Origin: Limisphaerales bacterium
GTDB lineage: Bacteria; Verrucomicrobiota; Verrucomicrobiia; Limisphaerales; JAJOIW01
NCBI GenBank assembly: GCA_965657355.1
Contig: CBFHOE010000001.1
Location: 618,744-632,959 of the forward strand
Reading direction: 5' to 3'
DNA: 14,216 bases
Every line of letters starts with the position of its first letter. The stretch's first letter is position 1. The notes below the pieces were generated by a model, which worked only from the letters and a program-made list of their open reading frames with translations, made no database searches and was not told where the DNA came from. A program made the translations under genes and the position numbers. This document shows positions 1-9,200 of the stretch, piece by piece.

Positions 1-1030
1 GAAAAATATTCCAGTATTTGCCTGGAAAGGAATGTCAGAGGAGGAATTCTTATGGTGTATTGAGCAAACCATCAAATGGCCTGATGGTTCATACCTCAAC
101 ATGATCCTTGACGATGGCGGCGATTTAACTGCGATGTGTCATGACCAATTCCCCGATTCTCTTGAGGGCATTTTTGGTCTTTCGGAGGAAACAACAACCG
201 GGGTGCACCGCTTAGCTCAAATGGTAAAGCAAGGCACTTTGAAAGTTCCAGCGATCAACGTGAACGACTCATGTACGAAATCGAAATTTGATAACCTTTA
301 CGGTTGCCGTGAATCATTTCTTGACGCAGTCAAAAGAGCAACTGATGTCATGGTGGCTGGAAAAGTCGTCGTGGTAAGTGGATATGGGGATGTTGGTAAA
401 GGATGTGTTCAGGCGGCCAAAGGTTTGGGAGCTCGTGTCGTTGTCACCGAAATCGACCCTATCAACGCACTTCAAGCAGCCATGGAAGGATTCAAGGTTG
501 ATACCATGGAAGAAGCAGCACAATACGGGGATATCTTCGTGACAACCACCGGTAATGTCGATGTCATCACCCGGAAACATATGGATGCCATGAAGCACCA
601 AGCCATCGTATGCAATATAGGGCACTTTGATTCCGAAGTTCAGGTCTCCTCTGTTTTCAATGACCCAGAAATTAAAAGGGTTGAAATCAAACCTCAAGTC
701 GACCAAGTGATATGGCCTGATGGCAAAGCGCTTACCATTCTAGCTGAGGGCCGTTTGGTAAACTTAGGCTGTGCTACTGGCCACCCGAGTTTTGTCATGA
801 GCACCTCATTTACAAACCAGGTCCTTGCGCAAATAGAGTTGTGGGAAAATAGAGATTCAGACAAATACAAAAACGAGCTTTATATTCTTCCTAAGAAACT
901 AGATGAAAAAGTGGCCTTCCTACATCTTGGCCAGCTCGGAGCAAAACTAACCAAGCTTACTCCAGAGCAAGCAGAATATATCGGGGTGCCAGCTGATGGC
1001 CCATACAAGCCAGACCATTACAGGTATTAA
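1..1030 (+). CDS. ahcY: S-adenosyl-L-homocysteine hydrolase (adenosylhomocysteinase), 5'-truncated by the window edge
   Basis: The frame is open from base 2 ([15 protein letters not shown]), so the ATG at 32 is internal. Hallmark motifs are present: [37 protein letters not shown]-binding [32 protein letters not shown] and C-terminal [10 protein letters not shown]. Confidence 0.98.
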   Translation, partial: KNIPVFAWKGMSEEEFLWCIEQTIKWPDGSYLNMILDDGGDLTAMCHDQFPDSLEGIFGLSEETTTGVHRLAQMVKQGTLKVPAINVNDSCTKSKFDNLYGCRESFLDAVKRATDVMVAGKVVVVSGYGDVGKGCVQAAKGLGARVVVTEIDPINALQAAMEGFKVDTMEEAAQYGDIFVTTTGNVDVITRKHMDAMKHQAIVCNIGHFDSEVQVSSVFNDPEIKRVEIKPQVDQVIWPDGKALTILAEGRLVNLGCATGHPSFVMSTSFTNQVLAQIELWENRDSDKYKNELYILPKKLDEKVAFLHLGQLGAKLTKLTPEQAEYIGVPADGPYKPDHYRY

Positions 1031-1057
1031 GCATCATCCCCATTTTAAATAAATCAG

Positions 1058-1086
1058 AAGCACCGCTCATACGGTGCTTTTTTATT
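1058..1086 (+). terminator. Rho-independent terminator after ahcY
   Basis: Perfect 8-bp stem AAGCACCG (1058-1065) / CGGTGCTT (1072-1079) with a 6-nt loop CTCATA, running into TTTTATT. It starts 27 nt after the stop codon. Confidence 0.88.
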
Positions 1087-1227
1087 ACCCTGATTAAGGT
1101 CCGATCAAAGCACTTTAATTTCCGATCGCCTTTTTAGCGTGGGCTGTTTGTTTGGAATACAAAATTCAAAGTCCCAGGAGCGAAAACCGTTTTAAGCTAA
1201 TTATTGGAATTCGGTTATTTTTGTGTA

Positions 1228-1236
1228 TGTTATATT
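1228..1236 (+). promoter_or_regulatory. Putative sigma70 extended -10 element (TGnTATATT) for the sulfatase gene
   Basis: TG-T-TATATT is a 5/6 match to TATAAT plus the TG extension, ending 7 nt before ATG 1244. The terminator upstream implies the gene needs its own promoter. The AT-rich context makes a chance match possible. Confidence 0.4.
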
Positions 1237-1243
1237 TCTTGCC

Positions 1244-2704
1244 ATGAGAATTTTTTTTATATGCTCTTTGCTTGTATTAGCTGCGGCTTTCGCAAAAGCT
1301 GAAAAGCCGAATTTCATATTCATTCTCTCGGATGATATTGCCCAAGGGGATATGGGTATTTACGGCCAGAAACTTATAAAGACACCCAACCTAGATCACC
1401 TTGCAAGTGAAGGGACCCTGTTCTATCAGGCCTATGCAGGAACGACAGTATGTGCGCCGTGTCGTGCTTCTTTCTACACCGGACTTCACTCTGGCAATAG
1501 TCCTGTTCGCGGTAACTTTGAGTGGTTCCCAGAAGGCCAATTCCCCATCGATGATCAAATTGTCACCATAGGCGAAATCGCCAAGAACGCAGGCTATCAC
1601 ACCGCTACTTTCGGAAAATGGGGCATGGGTTTTTTTGACACTGAAGGCAGCCCAATGAAGCAAGGTATGGATCACTTCTTTGGGTATAACTGCCAGCGCC
1701 ACGCTCACTCCTATTTTCCCACATACCTCTACAGCAACGACCAACCTATCGCCTTACCGGGAAATGACGGTCGAACCGTCGGTAAAACCTATGCCCAGGA
1801 AGTCATTCAGCGCGACATGATCCGCTGGGTAAAAAAGCGCGGCAAAGAACCTTTCTTCTTGTTCTACGCTATCACCCTCCCACACGGCCGTCATGAGATA
1901 GATGATTTTGGAATCTACGAGGATAAGCCTTGGTCTAATAAAGAGAAGGCGTATGCTGCCCAAGTCACCCGCATTGACTCCGATGTCAAAGAGCTTGTCG
2001 ACACTTTAAAAGAACTAAAAATCGACAAAAATACTCTAATCATCTTTGGTGGCGACAATGGTTCATCGTTCAACCCCAAAAGCCAGATTGGAAAGCGATT
2101 CAATCAAACAATGGACGGGAAGTTGCGTGGTTTTAAAAGGGGTATGTATGAAGGCGCTCTGCGTCAGGCTTCATTTGCCTGGTGGCCTGGAACCGTACCC
2201 GCAGGCCGTGTCGCCGAGGAGCCCTGGGCTTATTGGGATTTGATGCCAACCTTTGTTGAAATGACCGGTATTACTCCACCAAAAGGTTACAAAACCGACG
2301 GATATTCACTTCTTAACTTCCTGAAAGGAGGAGATGCCCCAAAGCGTGATTTCTTCTACTGGGAGCTCCACGAAAACAGTCATGGTGGCGGAGCTATTCG
2401 CGCTGCCCGCTGGGGCAAGTGGAAAGCTGTTATGCCAAGGCCGATGGGTAAAATCGAAATCTACAATTTGGTTAACGATGTCGGAGAAACAAATGACATT
2501 GCGGATGAAAATCCCGAGCTGGTTAAAAGAGCTAAAGAAATTTTTTCCAAAGCGCATAAACAACATCCAGTCTGGCCACTCAATCGTACTAGCAAGCTCA
2601 AAAAAGAAGCGGGTTCCAGAGCATGGCCAGTCAAGCGCCAGCGAGACAAGGAAGGTTATGTTCCAAAAGGAGCGATACCTTTGGCTGAGTATCTAAAAAA
2701 ATAG
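1244..2704 (+). CDS. Secreted/periplasmic formylglycine-dependent sulfatase (family S1, arylsulfatase-like)
   Basis: Signal peptide [19 protein letters not shown] followed by [12 protein letters not shown]. Active-site CAPCR (CxPxR, Cys codon 1451-1453) followed by ASFYTG. Also [19 protein letters not shown] and [15 protein letters not shown] 1244 is preferred over GTG 1223 because it gives a clean signal peptide. Confidence 0.95.
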   Translation: MRIFFICSLLVLAAAFAKAEKPNFIFILSDDIAQGDMGIYGQKLIKTPNLDHLASEGTLFYQAYAGTTVCAPCRASFYTGLHSGNSPVRGNFEWFPEGQFPIDDQIVTIGEIAKNAGYHTATFGKWGMGFFDTEGSPMKQGMDHFFGYNCQRHAHSYFPTYLYSNDQPIALPGNDGRTVGKTYAQEVIQRDMIRWVKKRGKEPFFLFYAITLPHGRHEIDDFGIYEDKPWSNKEKAYAAQVTRIDSDVKELVDTLKELKIDKNTLIIFGGDNGSSFNPKSQIGKRFNQTMDGKLRGFKRGMYEGALRQASFAWWPGTVPAGRVAEEPWAYWDLMPTFVEMTGITPPKGYKTDGYSLLNFLKGGDAPKRDFFYWELHENSHGGGAIRAARWGKWKAVMPRPMGKIEIYNLVNDVGETNDIADENPELVKRAKEIFSKAHKQHPVWPLNRTSKLKKEAGSRAWPVKRQRDKEGYVPKGAIPLAEYLKK

Positions 2705-3202
2705 ACCAAAAAAATCGCCCATTCTCATAACAGAGTGCAAGCGAATAGGCTCACTAAAGAAGCGAAAACCTTAAAAATAAAATGGAGGCTAATAGTAAGG
2801 CAGCGGTCCACGGCATTATTTGAAAAACCTCGCCACTTTATTGCGATTAACTACTTTGGACTTAAACGGCCATACTCATCTTAGCTACGATCCAGAGTTA
2901 TGGATGAGCGGGCTCGCCTTACCTCAGTGTCTTGTCACTCGAACCTCAATCCAATCGCCATAGTTAAATTTACTACTTCTCATAGGCAATTTTTCTGCCC
3001 AGCTCGATTAGTCGCTGAGATCAGTATCTCGTGACCCCGATTGATTGTACATCATTTCGGAACTAGCGAGGGAATAATTGGCTGATCAAAGCGGCGAATT
3101 AGGGTTACGTAAGCACAACAAAGAACCCAATAGAAATTGCCTCGCTGAAATCACCACCAAGACGGAGATATCACGTCATGCAACCCGATGCTTGAATGGT
3201 GA

Positions 3203-6200
3203 TTAATTAACAACAACCCTGAAAAACAAATACCCAGTCAATTGATCAATATCAATTGAGATAATGTCTGATCCAGATAAATTATTTCGGACTGTTTCCC
3301 ACTCAGCATTAACAGATTTTAATCCCTCTACCCTGTAAGAAACATTTTCAGTGCCCTGCCAAGTCAACGTGAGTCCTTCCGCATCTGAGTTAAGGGCAAC
3401 GCCCCCTATTTCTGTTCCGCTTGGAATTGGAGAGACCGGTCCAGAGTTTGGATTTGAACCCACTCGGTATTGCATCACGCGAAGCAACTCGACTTTATTA
3501 TTCAATGCTGTATAACAAAACCTAACTTCTTGCCCGACTGTGACGGAAACATCGGATGACAGTGTTCTCCAAGTAGCCCCTAAATCATCGCTGATTTCTA
3601 CATCATATTTCATCCCCGATTGAGGATCCCATTTAAGACAAAGATCATTGTCGACAATGCCGACAGATAAAGAGGCAACTTCCTCAGGTGGTCCAACTGG
3701 GGAACCTCCTTCCGTGTATTTCATCACTCTCAGCAATTCAAAAACACCTTCTGTGACCACGTGACAATATTCTGCAATTTCATCTCCGCTGACTGAATAA
3801 TCGGACTTCACAGTCGTCCATGTTTGGCCAAAATCAGCACTTAATTCTATGTCATATTTAAAGCCAGCTTCGGGTTGCCACTGAAGACATATCTCGTTGT
3901 CTTTTGTAACAACAGTGACCTCCGAAACCTCAGTTGGCGGAATACCTGAATTGCCACCCGTCGATTCAAGCACTCTGAAAAAGGAGAGAACCTCTTCATC
4001 AACAGGTATACAGAACTCGATAATTTCACCCGTTCCCATAATTCTTGAGCCGAACTGTCTCCAATCACCTAATAAAGTATCTCTGCGTTCAACCAAGTAG
4101 GTTCGGTCTACTTTGGTCTGCCATGACAAGCAGACTTCGGAGTCACCTTTAACGCTAATTCCAGAAACTTGTATTGGAACATCGGGGTCACCTGTTGTAG
4201 GCGGAGGAAGTTTAGCAACACGGAATAAAACAAAATCAAGATCTTTGTCTTCTAAGCAGTATTTCTCTTTTGTTTCATCCGCAACTATGGTTGTAATGGA
4301 CTGCCAGTCGTCAGCAGCAACACTTTTCAATCCTTCAAGTCTATATCTGGTTCCTATCTCAGCATCCCATGTTAGGCAGATATCAGTTCCTTCGATTGAA
4401 ATTTCAGGAGTAATGATCTCAACACCACCACCTGGATCAACGCCTTCCAGGTCAACACGGATAGTGTAATTCCTTTCAGACGCTGGCCTTCTTATATCAT
4501 CATTTTCCTCTACCGAAATAAACCACTCTCCGGGCGATAATAGAGCCTGCCCTCTGCCATTTGGATCAGGAAGGAGTTCGACTATAGCTTCCCGGTTCGA
4601 GTGAAATCTATTGTAGGCTTCATAATCTCGGGTGGCAAATCTGGGTAAAGGGTTTCTCCCTTTTTTAACTGCAAGTATGCCACTGAATTCGGCATCGTAG
4701 ACATTGACCGTAGCCTTGGTAGCTGTCTCTGGAACGACGATTTTGAAAAAATCACTATCGATTTCCCTTTCTCCGACTAGATGAGTCCCTTCATATGGAA
4801 TCCCGTTAAACAACTCCGTAATGACTAAGTCTGACGAGACTTCCAAGTCGTAGTCAATAAGCTCTTCCGTAGTATTACGGACTGAGATGTAGAGATGCTC
4901 CGTCGGTGGAAATCCAGGAATATAGGATTTTGGGACTTCTATTTGAAATGGGTCCTCTGATCCTGCTCTTAAAGCAAATGATCGATAGCCAGTTTGGCTG
5001 AACCATCGGTCAACTTTAAGTTCCAAATTACCAGTTGCATTTAATAATCTAATTGAGTGGGAGTCAGCAAACCCCTCGACTGGAACTCTATAATATTGAG
5101 TCTGGTTGGGTTTGATTCCCTGCACTTGAGTAATGCTATCTAAAGCAATACCAGTGACTACATCAGCAACAATCCTATACGGACGACCAGGCTGTTGAGA
5201 TTCAGAATTGAAAGAAATATACCATTTTTCCTCCTTCTCGAAGTTAAAAGCTTCACCAAAAAAGGTATTAAAGACCCCAGCATCTGCCAGTCTTATTCTT
5301 TCCATATTGCTCCCCCGGAAGAATGAGGAAGATTCATATTCAAAATCGGACTGTGTTGGGAAACGAGCGCTTCTAGAAGCAAATATGTCTAAATCTGTGG
5401 CACCACCAGTTCTGAGGTTTCTTATCACAAGTTCTACTGTGTTCTCCGGAACCGTGAGTTCTCTTTTGAAAACTTCACCAAGAAAACGGATATCTGCGCT
5501 TTCCTCAATACCCGGCTCCATAACGGAGAATGAATCTTTTTTCTCCTCGTAGCGAATGGAGTAGTCTGCAGTTATGGAACCAACATTTCTAACCGTTACA
5601 AAATACTCACCTGGTTGGAGTCGCGTTGTCCCGAAAGATTGAGACAGATAGAGTGTCTCAGTTGTTTGACCGGCATTTTTACTTTCAGCATCGTTCTTTC
5701 CTGGTGAAGGAAGCCCATCTTTTCTGAGGTAAACATCAACATCCCCAATAATATCAAAGACGCTCAATCTAATAGCTTGAGAATCATCACCTACGGTGAA
5801 TTTGTAATACTCTTCAAACCCGGGAAGCAAGCCCTGAGACGTCTCAGACACATTAACAGTAAGTTCATTTATTTCGGTGACTTTTTCAGTAACCACAATA
5901 TCGAATTCTACTGGAGGCAATGTGGCATCCGTCCCTCTATGAATAACTGCTATATACCAAGGACCAGAGTGCATTGGGGCTGGGAGTGAATTGGATCGAA
6001 TGTCTAGGCGGTCCTCAGCAAGCCCCCCGATTAATGTTTGATAAGCAAAATTCTCGTCAGATGGTAGGCCATTATTCAAAGAATCAACTACCAGAAGGTC
6101 CAGATTATCTGGGCCTGTTTTGTTAAATAATTGAATGGTCAGGGCTTCAGCATTTTCAGAAACATCGTATACAAAATATTTTATTGGCTGATCGATAAAA

Positions 6201-9200
6201 CCTTCCCAACCGATTTGATCACTATGTATGACTTTGTTTTCAAGACCTATTAAAGTCGCTTCTTGGCTAGAAGCCCGAATTTTAAAATTAACCGATACAT
6301 CCGGGTCGGCATTAAAGACGGCTATGTACCAATCACCATTAATTAAAGGAAGTGCATTTCGATCTATCGATATCGTTTTATCATTTTCATCTCCGTCCCC
6401 CAAAACATCAAACCTGGTAAAGGACGGAACTGGGGCCCCTCTGACAGCGACCAAATCGAGTGGGCCACTTGCATCGCTTGTCTCTATTGTCAGTGAGGTG
6501 GTCGGGCCTGGAGCAGTAAATTTAAAATACCTGAATGAATCTGCCTCTACCGTTTCAATTTCAGTAAATGCTGAATCATTGAGTTCGGTAATATCTGCGA
6601 GGCCTTCCGTGTATGTAAGTTCGTATTCAACATCCTGATCAGAGCGGTTTAAAACCCCTACATACCATGTTCCAGGGCTTATAATAAATTGATCCAATCT
6701 ATCGAACTGAGGGTCCAGAACCAGTGAGATTTGCTCAGGTAATACTCCCTCATTACCACTCCATACGTCATTCAGGTTAAATGTTGGAAGCAATCCTTTG
6801 GCAACGAAGAGGTCGAGGTTATCTTCATTAGGAATAAGGTCAACGATGGAGCTTATTTCCTCATCCTCAACTGTAAATTTATAATAAACCATCTCAGGCC
6901 CAGCAGGGATAGTATTCGTTACGGAAGTACCACTTACTAATTCAGGAATGCCTGAGTCATCGAAATCATCGTCAGCATCGAATGTGACTCTAATTTGAAA
7001 ATTAAGGTCCCGGTCATCGGATGCATCAGCGTTGTCCACACCAAGATAGTAGACATTACCTGGCTGAAGAGGGGCGAAAGGTGGAGAGTTGGTAGAGATC
7101 TCCATATACTCACCAAGATCTTCGCCGAAAAAATCTTCAAAATAATCTATTTCTGCAGCAATAGTATCGAGAGGGCCTATAGGAGCACCTTGTCGGTCTC
7201 CCAGTAATACCAGATCCCCTTCTCCATCCAGGATATTTGTGGAGATGGTTGCACCACGTGGGACTGGCACTTTGAAATAAGCTCGAGTTCCATTCGTTAA
7301 AACGCCAGAATAAGTAATCCCGTTAGTTAAAGTTACAGCTTTGATATCAGGATTTGCAAAATTAAACTCAAGTTTCCAGTCGAGAAGTTTGGCGTTTGTT
7401 TCGGTTCCTCCTGCCCTATCATCGGAAATCTGAAGCTTCCACTGACCTATTGCGCGCTTACCGGTTAGTTCTTCAAATGTTTCTTCTGGTCTTACATAAA
7501 AGTCCTGAAGAACCCCTACCTCCTCAAGAGTAACTGTTTTTAATCGTGCGCGGTTGCGTCGAAGTGAGGACCTTAATTCAAATGTTGTTTGTGTGCTTTT
7601 TGCCCTGATTGGTATAGTCACTTTTCTTTCAGGGTTTGCAGCAGATTTTATGTAATCGTCGAAGGAGATGAGTCGACCGTTTGTATAAATCTGGACGCCA
7701 CCCTGGCCACTTCTCAATAGTTCATATTCAAAAGTGATGATGTAGTCTCTGCCAGACTGCGTTTTGAAGGTAGCCGCTAACCCACCACTTCTTCCAGACT
7801 GCGTCCCTAGTAGGGCACCCACATTCTCTTCCTCACCAATTACCTCAACGGCATCTAATGTTACGAAAAAGGCGCCAACTTCTGAATCAGTTGTGAAGAC
7901 TCCTTCCTCTAAATTTAAGAAATCTTCCTCGACCAAAATACGGTTTGTTGAGACTAAAGTTTCCGGATCAAAAAAGTAAGGTGGATCCGTGAATTTCAAT
8001 GGCTCGGCAACAATATTTGTATCTATCGTGAAGACGGCAAAGGAGTGGTTTGTCAATCCATTTACAGAATCTCCCAAGGAGCTACCTAGTTGATTGGCAT
8101 CAAAACCGCCTCTGGCCTCAGAAAGCAAGAAACTATCGCCTCTTGGAGAAAACAGCCTGAAAGAAAGATCTGAGACTCGAGGGTGATCGACTCGGACACC
8201 CACTCGCATCTCTCCGATGCGTTCATCTTCTTCTACCCTGAGGACGGATTCTGTGGAGGCGTGGTCAATGAGTGGTATAGCCTCCTCGGGAGCTAGCCCC
8301 AGTGAAATAACCGATAAGTCAACACCTTCGGCATCATCCGTAATAATGCTATTAATTGAGAAACCTACTGTTTCAGAATTGGGATTAAAGACCCCTATAT
8401 AATACCTGCCACCGTTTAAGGGAGGAGAGTCATTCGGCGTGAGCGTGAGTGAACCACCGGGGGGGCTTATGGAGACGGATTTATCAAAGTCGAGCAAGGT
8501 TGGAACGAGATCTCTTCTGACGTAAAGATCCAATGGTAGGGTCGGTTGAATGTTTGACAGAAAGACCTCTAATGCCGTCGCCGTTCCCGGTACTTCAACC
8601 GCAAAGAATTCAAATCTTTGGGGCAGCACAGAGCCATTGACTATGCCATCGGTAATGTCGACGAGTTCTTTGACAACAACCTCAAAACTTTCAAGACTAG
8701 TTCTATTGTTTATAGCATTATCAAATAAATTAAAAATCCACGGTCCCCCCGCTCTATCGCCGATAAATTGAGTCAGGTCTCCGGGACCGTCAGAAGTAGT
8801 AACGCCCACAGAAACGATCTGCCCAGAATTACTATCATCATAAATAAAGGAATCATATAGCCCACTGGCTCCATCGACGAAAGGTAGGCCAAAATTTTGA
8901 CTGTGGTTGTTAAGAACGACGGCCTTATTATTATGACTTAGCTTACCTAAAATATCACCGAAGTTTTCCGAATAGTAAGAGGCTTCGACCGTGACAGTTT
9001 GTATAAGAATATCCTGACCACCGGGGACGACAACAGGTTCAAAGCCTGGTAGCATGGGTGTTCCATCGGGGATTAAATTGCCGACCGGGAACCCCGCAAA
9101 CCGGTGATTACCATCTTCATCAATAGTGGAAAATGGCTGATCCGTTGATATTCCCATAATTGAAAATTCAGCGCCTTTTTGATCCTCGGCCTTCACTCCA

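Noticed and set aside
32..34. ORF-track start Met for ahcY (32), and likewise for the last gene (14028)
   Set aside because: Both frames stay open to the window edge, so these Met codons are most likely internal.
314..2696. Short alternative-frame and antisense ORFs over ahcY and the sulfatase (314-706, 1391-1744, 1754-1963, 1915-2103, 2046-2243, 2306-2566, 2334-2696, 2461-2649)
   Set aside because: They lie fully within confidently identified genes and show no recognisable motifs; these are shadow ORFs.
2708..2744. A-tract plus imperfect hairpin (TCGC..CATTCT/AGAGTG..GCGA) as a terminator for the minus-strand operon or the sulfatase
   Set aside because: The stem is interrupted and has a mismatch on the strand that carries the U-tract, and it is about 460 nt from the protease stop. 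Too weak to call.
2900..3034. 44-codon + strand ORF (MDERARLTSV...) in the intergenic gap
   Set aside because: No ribosome-binding site, no recognisable motif, and a length expected by chance.
2705..3202. Known RNA gene, CRISPR array or IS remnant in the intergenic gap
   Set aside because: No tRNA, tmRNA, RNase P or SRP signatures recognised, no regularly spaced direct repeats, and no transposase fragment.
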